Sequence record: OR192075.1
Reading direction: 5' to 3' (one strand)
Source of the DNA: Escherichia phage MIZ6
Length of the DNA: 64,000 bases
The position numbers and the translations under genes are program-made. A model generated the notes under the pieces. That model was not told the origin of the DNA. It made no database searches and saw only the letters and a list, made by a program, of their open reading frames with translations. Of this stretch, positions 10,080 to 18,432 are shown in pieces (positions within the stretch are counted from its first letter, which is position 1; every line of letters begins with the position of its first letter).

Positions 10080-10091
10080 AATATATTCCCC

Positions 10092-10577
10092 TTAACCGAT
10101 TTTATCAAGTTCGTTTAATGCTTTCTCTGCTTCCTGTATAGCTTGCACCCTTTCCGGCATTTTGTCAAGAAAATCTTTCAACTCTTCAAAACTGGAGATA
10201 TGACGCAAGGCATTAGCACCGATAGCCGCATGTGATTTGCATTCAAAGCGAATTTTATAATTATCCATAGCCAATTTGAGAAGATCAATTAGATCATATT
10301 CACGACCAGGCAATAAAACTTCTTTGAAGCACGCTCGGTCGCCATCGGAAAACCATATATTATCGCCAACATCGATAGAACTAATATAATCCCCTTCGTG
10401 ATTATAGATTGAACGTACATTACCCCAACGGTCTACAGTAGCGACAGTAAATGGTTTATCTAGATATGTAAACACACCATCAATATTAGGTTTTTGTTCG
10501 TAACGCCAACAATCACGCAAAATACGCTTTTCGTACTCACCAACCAACTTATATGTCTTCCCTTCTTCCCATTTCAT
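10092..10577 (-). CDS. paralogous modular protein C
   Basis: likely start at MKWEEGKTY...; same domain and helical tail (..MPERVQAIQEAEK..). Confidence 0.6.
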   Translation of the reverse strand: MKWEEGKTYKLVGEYEKRILRDCWRYEQKPNIDGVFTYLDKPFTVATVDRWGNVRSIYNHEGDYISSIDVGDNIWFSDGDRACFKEVLLPGREYDLIDLLKLAMDNYKIRFECKSHAAIGANALRHISSFEELKDFLDKMPERVQAIQEAEKALNELDKIG

Positions 10578-10581
10578 AATA

Positions 10582-11109
10582 TCATCTCTCATTTTTGATA
10601 TGTGATTCTAATTGGATCATACGGTCGCGCGTTTGCTTATATTCTCGGATAGCACCGATCCGGCTAGGCATACCATCCAGTACGCTCTTAATCCCTTCTA
10701 GGGTAGTGATTTTAGCAATACTATTATGCAATCCCATCTTATCGATTAACTGAATGTCGTAGGCTTCCATAAGCAGACCCAGACGTTCTAAAGTTAGGTC
10801 TTCTTCTTTTTCTTCCGATTCTGGAATCTTAGGTTCAATAGTAACTTCGGTAAAGAAACGACGCTCGCCCGACCAAAACCACACACCGGAACAGCCAATA
10901 GGGGATTCTTTTAACGTCATAGAGTCGTAACCGCTGCCGATAATAGTAATTTCTCTAACATCACCATCATCGTCAATGTCTTCTACCCTAAACGGGCGAC
11001 CAGCCAACAAGTCAACAATACATCTGTTAATAGACGACGAAAATTTAGTCAGTTCGGCTTTCGACGCTTCGCATTCAATCTTGTAAGTTTTACCAACTTC
11101 CCATTCCAT
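10582..11109 (-). CDS. paralogous modular protein D
   Basis: likely start MEWEVGKTY...; tail ..GMPSRIGAIREYK.. Confidence 0.6.
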   Translation of the reverse strand: MEWEVGKTYKIECEASKAELTKFSSSINRCIVDLLAGRPFRVEDIDDDGDVREITIIGSGYDSMTLKESPIGCSGVWFWSGERRFFTEVTIEPKIPESEEKEEDLTLERLGLLMEAYDIQLIDKMGLHNSIAKITTLEGIKSVLDGMPSRIGAIREYKQTRDRMIQLESHIKNER

Positions 11110-11119
11110 AATAATCACC

Positions 11120-11629
11120 TCAAATAATTTTCACTGGAATACTATTAACAATCTTGTATTGTACTTGATTGTCAGACCCCCGCCACGGCTTCTTCGTTGG
11201 CATATCTTTAATATAACGACCATCGATGAACATGTCAACTGATTCTACAATTTTTCTTTGCTCATCATTCAATTGGTCAAGGGTATAACCAGACCATAGC
11301 CAAATATCTTTATTTGGCATCCATGATTTTACTTCATCGATGATCCGCTGTACACCCTTTAAATTGCGTTTATACAGTGGATCGCCACCTAAGAATGTTA
11401 GCCCCTGAATAAAATCAGGTCTAAGCAGATCCAGAATCAATCCCATTGTATCATCGGTGAATGGTTCCCCGTTCTTAGGATTGAGTATACTGGAATTAAA
11501 GCAACCATCACATGCGTGTGAACATCCGGTAACGTAAAGGGAGACTCTCACTCCCTCACCGTTAACCATATCACAATCTTTAATATCGGCATAGCGTAGT
11601 TTGCCGTATGTATCAGAACTCATATTCAA
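11120..11629 (-). CDS. nrdG: anaerobic ribonucleotide reductase activating protein NrdG (radical SAM)
   Basis: 169 aa; CxxxCxxC cluster (CSHACDGC) near N-terminus; synteny with nrdD. Confidence 0.85.
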   Translation of the reverse strand: MNMSSDTYGKLRYADIKDCDMVNGEGVRVSLYVTGCSHACDGCFNSSILNPKNGEPFTDDTMGLILDLLRPDFIQGLTFLGGDPLYKRNLKGVQRIIDEVKSWMPNKDIWLWSGYTLDQLNDEQRKIVESVDMFIDGRYIKDMPTKKPWRGSDNQVQYKIVNSIPVKII

Positions 11630-11765
11630 TTACCCCGAACTCGTTTACAATCTGCGCTTTATAGTAACCACCGCGAGATGCTAATAGATAAGCTGGGCTT
11701 AGGTATTCGTATTCACGGATTTCTACTTGTGCGTTTTCAGTTTCCCAAATCAGTAAAGTCCACAT
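11613..11765 (-). CDS. hypothetical small protein (50 aa)
   Basis: track ORF 11613..11840 has the promoter inside its 5' end; true start likely ATG 11763-11765 with AGGAGA. Confidence 0.4.
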   Translation of the reverse strand: MWTLLIWETENAQVEIREYEYLSPAYLLASRGGYYKAQIVNEFGVIEYEF

Positions 11766-11807
11766 ATTTGATTCTCCTGTAAAGTTGTATCTCGTCTTGA
11801 TGAATAT

Positions 11808-11836
11808 AGTATAGGGGATCTCGCGATCCCCGTCAA
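11808..11836 (-). promoter_or_regulatory. sigma70-like early promoter
   Basis: -35 TTGACG 11831-11836, 17-bp spacer containing palindrome GGGGATC-GCGA-GATCCCC, -10 TATACT 11808-11813. Confidence 0.55.
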
Positions 11837-11840
11837 GCAT

Positions 11841-12389
11841 TTATTTTAAATTTTTTCGAATGTATTCAGACCATTCCTTCCCTGTCATTTCGGACCCGTT
11901 CTGGAAACTGAAATATTCATACGGCATCGAGTCAAGATAAAACAGGATCATACATCGCGCCATATAATACCAATCACGATTAAAGTAAACTACGTTATCA
12001 CCAGTACCATCAACCCCTTTATCATAACCATCGCGGGTACGGGCGACCCATTGAATAGTATCATTTTTCTCGCGGATCGTAACAGGTTCCCAATATCCAG
12101 CACATCCAGCATGACCACACGAACAAGTCAGGAAATATTGACCTTTTGCTTTGTTGTCATCCCATTCACGATGGATTGGTTCGATCTCGTGAAACAGTGC
12201 TAAGCAATCATGATTATGCAACACTGGCTTACCATCAATCAATGCATGGAATGTATACAAACGACCAGTAGACAAATAGCTATCCTCACGCTCAACCAGT
12301 TCAATAGCAATCTTTTTAGCTCGTTCTTTGTGTCGTTGTGCTTTACGCTTACGGTTTAATGATTTCATATTCACCTCACACATTATCAA
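11841..12389 (-). CDS. hypothetical protein
   Basis: 182-aa ORF; Cys/His-rich segment CSCGHAGCAGYW. Confidence 0.5.
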   Translation of the reverse strand: MIMCEVNMKSLNRKRKAQRHKERAKKIAIELVEREDSYLSTGRLYTFHALIDGKPVLHNHDCLALFHEIEPIHREWDDNKAKGQYFLTCSCGHAGCAGYWEPVTIREKNDTIQWVARTRDGYDKGVDGTGDNVVYFNRDWYYMARCMILFYLDSMPYEYFSFQNGSEMTGKEWSEYIRKNLK

Positions 12390-12796
12390 AGGTCGCGATA
12401 TAGTACATTATGAAAATGAGAACTTGCATTACCAATATTGTAGATAATAAATTCTTCATCCGGCGCTTGCGCTACAAATTGAGTATGAGCAACCGCCACA
12501 ACCTTAAAAATACGATCCGTGATCTTGTGTTTAATTTCTGCTCCTACTTCCATAGGAACATATTCATGTGTTTCTGTTTCAGTCGCAAAACAGCCATCTT
12601 CTTCATAAGCACGAACAAATCGATCGCAATCAGTACGCTTAACAAATTCAAGAGTATATAATTCTCGTGAATTGTCGGTATAGACCAACACAGAATTATT
12701 CTGATAGCGAATCACATACAGGTTATTATCATCGTCAATTACGCAAAAGCTACGGATTTGTGTTCCTTCGCCTTTACTCCAGCAGATATTAACCAC
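12386..12796 (-). CDS. hypothetical protein (GTG start with GAGGA RBS, or -1 frameshift continuation of upstream ORF)
   Basis: 136-aa ORF; 5' end overlaps 12739..12930 by 58 nt in the -1 frame. Confidence 0.5.
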   Translation of the reverse strand: MVNICWSKGEGTQIRSFCVIDDDNNLYVIRYQNNSVLVYTDNSRELYTLEFVKRTDCDRFVRAYEEDGCFATETETHEYVPMEVGAEIKHKITDRIFKVVAVAHTQFVAQAPDEEFIIYNIGNASSHFHNVLYRDL

Positions 12797-12930
12797 CGTT
12801 CCTCTAATAAAAAACTTTCCTTTAAATTAAAACTAGACAATGTGCTAGCGTGCATTTTCACAACAACACCATCGCCAATTTCCAGTTTACGAAGTTTAAC
12901 TTCTTTGCTCAGTACACAAAACATCATCAT
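12739..12930 (-). CDS. hypothetical protein (63 aa) containing T_TTT_TTA slippery heptamer
   Basis: ATG 12928-12930 with GAGAGGA RBS and promoter upstream. Confidence 0.5.
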   Translation of the reverse strand: MMMFCVLSKEVKLRKLEIGDGVVVKMHASTLSSFNLKESFLLEERWLISAGVKAKEHKSVAFA

Positions 12931-12959
12931 GTTGTCCTCTCGTTGTTTTCGATGTGAGC

Positions 12960-12988
12960 ATTATACATTAGCTAATCATGTTGTCAAC
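12960..12988 (-). promoter_or_regulatory. sigma70-like early promoter (cassette with terminator 13005-13024)
   Basis: -35 TTGACA 12983-12988, 17-bp spacer, -10 TATAAT 12960-12965. Confidence 0.6.
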
Positions 12989-13004
12989 ACCCCAAAACGA
13001 AAAA

Positions 13005-13024
13005 GCCGACCCTTTCGGATCGGC
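13005..13024 (-). terminator. rho-independent terminator hairpin after nrdD
   Basis: GCCGA-CCCTTTCGGA-TCGGC flanked by A/T runs. Confidence 0.55.
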
Positions 13025-13030
13025 TGAAAA

Positions 13031-14893
13031 TTACATGTGCTTAACGCGGTTTACCATCTCGGAGTGTTTCCCGTGGTTGAATGGACGCAGATCAACAGAT
13101 CCAAGATATCCACTAACGCGACGGATAACATTCATCTTTTCCAGATTGTCATTGCCGCAATCAGGGCAAACAAAACCAGACTCGGTCGCTCTCATTTCCT
13201 TAGTAGATCCGCATACATGACATACATCAGAAGGAGTATTAACACCGAAGTAGTGCAATTTATCCATTGCATAGTCTACTACAGTTTCAAGACCTTTCAG
13301 GTTGTTTTTCATGTCTGGGAACTCAACATAAGAGATCATGCCCCCGGACGCCAGCCAGTGATAATCTTTCTCAAAGTCGATTTTCTCAAATGGAGTGACT
13401 TTCCGGTCTACGTCAAGGTGGAATGAGTTGGTGTACCAGTCTTTATCGGTAGCACCCTTAACAATACCAAATTGCTCTCGGTCCAGTCGATTAAATCGAT
13501 AGCAAAGGCTCTCGGCTGGCGTACCGTAAAGACTAAACCCAAGTCCAGTTTCGTCCTTCCATTTTTCAGTATAATGACGCAAGATCTTAAGAATATGTTT
13601 ACCGTATCGCTGCGCAACTTCCGAATCAAACGGATGAACACCAAACAGGACGCTCAATACCTCATGTAAACCAATATATCCAAGAGAGATACTAGCGCGA
13701 CCATCTTTCAGAACTTCCAAAATTTCATCGTTTTGATGAATACGGAAAAATGCACCTTCGGTATACAGTACAGGAGCAACATTGGCTTTAGCCCCTTTTA
13801 AAGCGTCTACGCGACTCATGAGCGCATCAAAGCAAATAGGCATACGATTAGCTAGCTCTTGTTCGAATAGCTCAATTCTGCGCATTACAGACTCTTTACC
13901 AGCACGACGAGCGGCAATAAGGGCAATACGCGGAAGATTCAGAGTCACAACACCTAAGTTATTACGTCCGTCTAATACTTCCTCGCCTTTCTCATTATGC
14001 CACACACCCAGGAAGCTACGACAACCCATCGGGCTAACCGGAACACTAGATCCGGTGATACTACGGTTATTCTTTGCAGAGATATAATCAGGGTAAAGAC
14101 GCTTACTAGAACATTCCAATGCAAGTTGCTTAATGTCGTAGTTCGGATCTTCCGGTTTAAGGTTTAATCCTTCTTCTAAGAACATCACCAGCTTAGGAAA
14201 CACCGGAGTGATACCATCTTTACCTAAACCTTTAGTTCGAACTTTCAGGATCGCTTTCTGAATCAGTTTTTCTTCCCAGCTAGTACCCATACCAAATGTT
14301 AAAGTCACAAAAGGTGTTTGACCGTTGGTGGAGAACAAAGTGTTGATTTCATATTCCAACGCTTGATACCCGTCTAGCGTTTCTTTTTCTGTCTTCTCTT
14401 GTGCATAGAGAGTATCAGCTTTGATTCCGTAGGTTTCGGCATCAGCAAGGTGTTTATAATATGTTTTCTCAACGTATGGAGCTAACACCTGATCGATGTT
14501 TGCAATTGTGGTCCCGCCATATTGATGACTTGCCACCTGTGCGATAATTTGAGCGGTTACAGCACAAGCAACACCGATCGATTTAGGACTTTCGATTTGT
14601 GCGCTACCCAATTTAAAACCATTCTCTAGCATGTCTTTTAGATTAACAAGACAGCAGTTAGTAAACGGCATAGCGGGTGCATAATCCATATCATGATAAT
14701 GAATATCACCGTCTACATGCGCTTTATAGATGTGCTCAGGTAACACGGTTTTAGCAATCTGTTTAGACACAGCGCCAGCAATCAGATCTCGACGTGTCGG
14801 GAATGTTCGCGCGTCTTTGTTCGCGTTCTCTTTGCTTACTTCGTTTTCTTTACCCGTTGCGATCTCTGTAATGTCTTTGATTAGTTTTTCCAT
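13031..14893 (-). CDS. nrdD: anaerobic ribonucleoside-triphosphate reductase NrdD (intact, no intron)
   Basis: 620 aa; C-terminal glycyl-radical motif RRVSGYL and CxxC...CxxC zinc ribbon; continuous reading frame. Confidence 0.95.
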   Translation of the reverse strand: MEKLIKDITEIATGKENEVSKENANKDARTFPTRRDLIAGAVSKQIAKTVLPEHIYKAHVDGDIHYHDMDYAPAMPFTNCCLVNLKDMLENGFKLGSAQIESPKSIGVACAVTAQIIAQVASHQYGGTTIANIDQVLAPYVEKTYYKHLADAETYGIKADTLYAQEKTEKETLDGYQALEYEINTLFSTNGQTPFVTLTFGMGTSWEEKLIQKAILKVRTKGLGKDGITPVFPKLVMFLEEGLNLKPEDPNYDIKQLALECSSKRLYPDYISAKNNRSITGSSVPVSPMGCRSFLGVWHNEKGEEVLDGRNNLGVVTLNLPRIALIAARRAGKESVMRRIELFEQELANRMPICFDALMSRVDALKGAKANVAPVLYTEGAFFRIHQNDEILEVLKDGRASISLGYIGLHEVLSVLFGVHPFDSEVAQRYGKHILKILRHYTEKWKDETGLGFSLYGTPAESLCYRFNRLDREQFGIVKGATDKDWYTNSFHLDVDRKVTPFEKIDFEKDYHWLASGGMISYVEFPDMKNNLKGLETVVDYAMDKLHYFGVNTPSDVCHVCGSTKEMRATESGFVCPDCGNDNLEKMNVIRRVSGYLGSVDLRPFNHGKHSEMVNRVKHM

Positions 14894-14910
14894 TGTATCA
14901 CCTATGAAAA

Positions 14911-14929
14911 AGCGGGATTTTCTCCCGCT
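14911..14929 (-). terminator. terminator-like hairpin upstream of nrdD
   Basis: AGCGGGA-TTTTC-TCCCGCT followed by T5 on minus strand. Confidence 0.5.
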
Positions 14930-14938
14930 CGTTGATAG

Positions 14939-15433
14939 TTATTTTACCAGTTCTGCTAATTCTTTTTCTTTAGCTTCCAGTTCAGCCTTAAGCTGTTTAA
15001 TCTCTTGTCGCTTCTTATTAGCGGCTTCTTGCTTACTATTTCGGATAACCTGATCTAGATACAACTCCCAATCCTGAATATTTTTGATAATATAACCGTC
15101 AACATTAATTGGTCGGATATTTAGTACAGCTTCCAGTTTAGTCGCAAAAACTTTAATTGCTGGGGTGAAGTATTCATATTCGTTATCTTCAAACCAATAA
15201 CCTAGACTTGCATTATCAATACGAAGACGAAGTTCAAGATCAAGGTCTTTATCTTCGGTGTAAAGATCTTTCACCTGACCCAGCGAACTAACAACAACTT
15301 TAAAACGAATTTTATCTACACCACCAAACACATCAGTAAGTATACCAGCAATTGAGCTATTAGCGCAAGATTGGTCGCTGAATGCGTCAAGGTTTTCTTT
15401 AGTTACAGTATACCAAACATCTTGTACCCACAT
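14939..15433 (-). CDS. hypothetical protein with C-terminal coiled-coil tail (family-related)
   Basis: 164 aa; tail ..KKRQEIKQLKAELEAKEKELAELVK; own promoter and RBS. Confidence 0.55.
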   Translation of the reverse strand: MWVQDVWYTVTKENLDAFSDQSCANSSIAGILTDVFGGVDKIRFKVVVSSLGQVKDLYTEDKDLDLELRLRIDNASLGYWFEDNEYEYFTPAIKVFATKLEAVLNIRPINVDGYIIKNIQDWELYLDQVIRNSKQEAANKKRQEIKQLKAELEAKEKELAELVK

Positions 15434-15463
15434 AATATAATCCTCTCGTTGTTAAGTGGGAGT

Positions 15464-15491
15464 ATTATAGCATACTCCCTTCGCATGTCAA
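15464..15491 (-). promoter_or_regulatory. sigma70-like early promoter with inverted repeat around -10
   Basis: -35 TTGACA 15486-15491; -10 TATAAT 15464-15469 bracketed by GGGAGTAT (15458-15465) / ATACTCCC (15472-15479). Confidence 0.6.
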
Positions 15492-16666
15492 GCACTAACT
15501 TTTTTCTTTATTGCTTTCACCTTCTGGCGAATTGCTCGAATCTCTTCGATCTCTTTTTCAGTATCTTTAACAATTTCTTTGCGATTCTGAATATCTTTAT
15601 CGAGATTATCATCAAGTTTAGGCAGCATGTCAATCAAGAACTTTTTAAGGTCTTTCAGGTTGCGAATAACAGTACCTTCACCCATTACCGCCACGCCTAC
15701 ACCATCCGGCAGATCACCAAACAGCTTAACCAGTTCAGACAGATGATCATGATCTTCTAGTGCTTCTTCTGATTCAGATGGCAGTTCAACAAAGTTATAA
15801 CGTTCATCATTGCTGATCAGGTGATACCAGCAAAGCCCAAAAGATTTAGGAGTATATTCTACACCACCAACTTCAACTGCGTCAACACTTCCGAAAGAAT
15901 CTACTTTAGTTACCTTAAATCCATGTTCCAGCGTTTTAATAATTTCAATAACATGACTGGATACGGTTTCAGTATTAAACCAATGAGGCAAATTATGTGG
16001 ATTTGGCTTGTATCGTTCGCCTACTTTAAATCTCTGACCACGCTCTTGCATACGGACATATTCAACTCGCGTGATTTCCGCGAAGTATTCAAATTCGCTA
16101 CCGTCAAACAAGCAATTCCATTGATCACAAAAACGATCCGCCTTGACGGTTTCACCTTTCGCGGTGATCATGGTAGCTGATCCGTGCAATTCTTCTTCAA
16201 CCAAAAAGCCATATTCGACAAAATCAACAAGTTTCATGGCTTCTTTGTGCTCTGGGTCATGCTCTCCCCAGAATCGCTTAAATTCTTGCAAACCTTCTGG
16301 TGTAAACGAATAACATTTACCTTTTTCAAAGTAAGTCGGCATTGCATCCTCTTTCTTGTTCATCGCTTCGTATGCCTCTTTTGAGATGCGTTTAAAGTAT
16401 TTACGCTCATCGTGCATAATCATAGTAGCCCAATAATAAACGATATCCTCAGCGGAATAAACTACATCTCCAGCTTCAATAGTAATAACATGACCGTTGT
16501 CATCTTTTTCTAATACTTTAAAGCCCTTTTCGACGATTTCAGCAACCCGAATATGACCACGGCGCGAAGCATCGGTCAGAATAATTGAATAGCGAGAAAA
16601 GTCTAGAAACTCATCTTTACCACCTTCACGGAATGCATAGTAATGACCTTCAAAGAATTTAGCCAT
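15488..16666 (-). CDS. paralogous modular protein E (three repeats of GFKV-type domain plus helical tail)
   Basis: 392 aa; repeats GFKVLEKDD..ERKYFKRI, GFLVEEEL.., GFKVTKVD..ERYNFVEL. Confidence 0.65.
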   Translation of the reverse strand: MAKFFEGHYYAFREGGKDEFLDFSRYSIILTDASRRGHIRVAEIVEKGFKVLEKDDNGHVITIEAGDVVYSAEDIVYYWATMIMHDERKYFKRISKEAYEAMNKKEDAMPTYFEKGKCYSFTPEGLQEFKRFWGEHDPEHKEAMKLVDFVEYGFLVEEELHGSATMITAKGETVKADRFCDQWNCLFDGSEFEYFAEITRVEYVRMQERGQRFKVGERYKPNPHNLPHWFNTETVSSHVIEIIKTLEHGFKVTKVDSFGSVDAVEVGGVEYTPKSFGLCWYHLISNDERYNFVELPSESEEALEDHDHLSELVKLFGDLPDGVGVAVMGEGTVIRNLKDLKKFLIDMLPKLDDNLDKDIQNRKEIVKDTEKEIEEIRAIRQKVKAIKKKVSA

Positions 16667-16694
16667 AATATAATCCTCTAGTTGTTTAAATGGG

Positions 16695-16723
16695 AGTATC
16701 TTACTACTCCCGTTTCATCATGT
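16695..16723 (-). promoter_or_regulatory. sigma70-like early promoter with inverted repeat around -10
   Basis: -35 TTGACA 16718-16723, 17-bp spacer, -10 TAAGAT; arms GGGAGTA 16689-16695 / TACTCCC 16702-16708. Confidence 0.6.
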
Positions 16724-16729
16724 CAAGCG

Positions 16730-17290
16730 TTAAAGTGACTTTTGGATCTCTTTCAGTTCAGCTACTTTATCGGCGCTGAATTTAGCGTAGGTATCATGTC
16801 GAATAATTTCACTTTCAAGAAAGGTTTCCAGCCGAGATCTATTTTCAATAAGGAACTCTTTCAGGTCTTCCGCGTTCTTGATAAAGATTTTATTGTCAGT
16901 AATGTCATCTTCAATCGCAAAGGAGATAGAGCGAACTTTACCAAACAAGTTAATCAGATCTTCCAGCGATTCTTCTTTCTTAACTGGTTTCATTTCTTCA
17001 AACTGCTTTTTAGTGATGCGTTTAAAGTATTTGCGCTCGTTTGCAGCAATCAGAACAGATGCACCTTCATACCCATGAGTTTCTACCAGATACACACGCC
17101 CCATCGCATCAACAGTGAGAACTTTAAAGCCGTTACAAAGCACGTCATACAAGAACTTATTATGTTGCGGACATCGTTTGATAAATTCTGCGGCTGTTTC
17201 TGCACTACGGAAAGTATAGTAACGACCTCGTTCAAAAACAGCATCATTTGAAGACTTAGCCGGATACAATTTATACGTTTTCTGTACCAT
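16730..17290 (-). CDS. paralogous modular protein F
   Basis: likely start ATG 17288-17290 (MVQKTYKLY) with GAGGAT RBS; GFKVLTVDAMGRV..ERKYFKRI. Confidence 0.6.
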   Translation of the reverse strand: MVQKTYKLYPAKSSNDAVFERGRYYTFRSAETAAEFIKRCPQHNKFLYDVLCNGFKVLTVDAMGRVYLVETHGYEGASVLIAANERKYFKRITKKQFEEMKPVKKEESLEDLINLFGKVRSISFAIEDDITDNKIFIKNAEDLKEFLIENRSRLETFLESEIIRHDTYAKFSADKVAELKEIQKSL

Positions 17291-17304
17291 AATATAATCC
17301 TCTA

Positions 17305-17577
17305 TCATTTCACTAATTGAACAGCACGAAACAGAATGCGGTCACACGGAAGAAGCATAAATTCCCAACGCGGATCAAAGTCTTTAGCGGTATATGTTTT
17401 CCCATCAACCGAGATTTCACTTACATAACCAATAGGTGACACTTTAAGAACAGTAAACCCATTCTTGATGACTTCGTAGGTATCTTTCAATCCTTCGTAG
17501 TCATCCTCTAGGAAGTCTTTACGTGCTTGCTCAGATTTAAAAACATAGGCAACACCGGATTTAAACATCTTACGCAT
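17305..17577 (-). CDS. paralogous protein G (single domain)
   Basis: likely start ATG 17575-17577 (MRKMFKSGV) with AAGGAG; shares KSEQARK with A and GFTVLKV with E/F. Confidence 0.55.
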   Translation of the reverse strand: MRKMFKSGVAYVFKSEQARKDFLEDDYEGLKDTYEVIKNGFTVLKVSPIGYVSEISVDGKTYTAKDFDPRWEFMLLPCDRILFRAVQLVK

Positions 17578-17608
17578 TGTTGATTCTCCTTCTTGATTAG
17601 ATGGGAGT

Positions 17609-17637
17609 ATTTTACTACTCCCATTTCTTATTGTCAA
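17609..17637 (-). promoter_or_regulatory. sigma70-like early promoter with inverted repeat around -10
   Basis: -35 TTGACA 17632-17637, 17-bp spacer, -10 TAAAAT; arms GGGAGTA 17603-17609 / TACTCCC 17616-17622. Confidence 0.6.
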
Positions 17638-17640
17638 CTA

Positions 17641-18114
17641 CTATCTTAATCTTTGTATAAATTGTTTCTTATACTTCTTCGTGATCTCTTCTCGTGTATC
17701 AGCGTCGCAGTAATCGAAACCTTCTGCGTCCATAATAGCAACCATCTCCGCGCGTGTCAAGCGTGAAAATCGTTTTACTTTATCAACAGCATATTGAGGA
17801 TGTAAATGATTGTTGGTGTAGTCTCCTTTGATGTAATTAACATAGTTTGTAGCCCAAACAACGAAATCAGCACCTAAAGCACCAACACCAAACCGTTTAA
17901 AGTCTCCGGTCAACGATCCTTCTAGGCGGTTGCAACACGAATGAAGCAATCCCCTTACGCGGCCTTGCCCTTTACCATCTAGATCGTGGTCGTGGTCAAG
18001 ATGGTTTTTGCTCATATCCTCAAAAAGTGGCAATTGACAAAGGGGGCAAATGCCCCCCTGTTTTTCGAATAGTTCTTGTTTGTACTCTTTAGCACTCTTA
18101 GCAGTCAGTAACAT
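17641..18114 (-). CDS. 49: endonuclease VII (Holliday junction resolvase, gp49)
   Basis: MLLTAKSAKEY..CPLCQ..HLDHDHDLDG..VRGLLHSCCN.. resembles T4 endo VII; track start 18129 is likely upstream of the true start. Confidence 0.85.
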   Translation of the reverse strand: MLLTAKSAKEYKQELFEKQGGICPLCQLPLFEDMSKNHLDHDHDLDGKGQGRVRGLLHSCCNRLEGSLTGDFKRFGVGALGADFVVWATNYVNYIKGDYTNNHLHPQYAVDKVKRFSRLTRAEMVAIMDAEGFDYCDADTREEITKKYKKQFIQRLR

Positions 18115-18138
18115 AAATTCACCCTCCAAAGAAGGTAT

Positions 18139-18432
18139 TTAACCATTAATCTTGTTTTTGACTACAAAGGATCGGAACTCATCAAAGCCACCGATATAAT
18201 CACCATCATAGAAAATCTGCGGCATGGTGGCAATAACTTCTACCCCTGCGCGATCCTGAATGTCGGCAATGATAGAATCAATCTTTACCGGACGACCGTT
18301 TTCGTCCACACCATCATTGACAGGAATATAGATGTAAGGGATCTTACGCGATTCACAAAGGCGCTTTGCATTCTGGCAATACTTACAGTTGTAACCTTCA
18401 AAACCAAAAATTTCTACCATGTTGTACCTCAA
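18139..18432 (-). CDS. nrdC: glutaredoxin/thioredoxin NrdC
   Basis: 97 aa with CKYC redox motif; synteny. Confidence 0.75.
   Translation of the reverse strand: MRYNMVEIFGFEGYNCKYCQNAKRLCESRKIPYIYIPVNDGVDENGRPVKIDSIIADIQDRAGVEVIATMPQIFYDGDYIGGFDEFRSFVVKNKING

Noticed and set aside
13037-14087. Several plus-strand ORFs of 65-129 aa within nrdD
   Set aside because: All antisense to the intact 620-aa NrdD frame.
13031-14893. Group I intron in nrdD, as in T4
   Set aside because: The NrdD reading frame is continuous for 620 aa including the glycyl-radical and zinc-ribbon motifs, so no intron is present.
16742-17251. 169-aa plus-strand ORF
   Set aside because: Lies entirely antisense to paralog gene F (16730-17290), which has promoter, RBS and family similarity; no RBS or promoter of its own. 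Treated as a shadow ORF.
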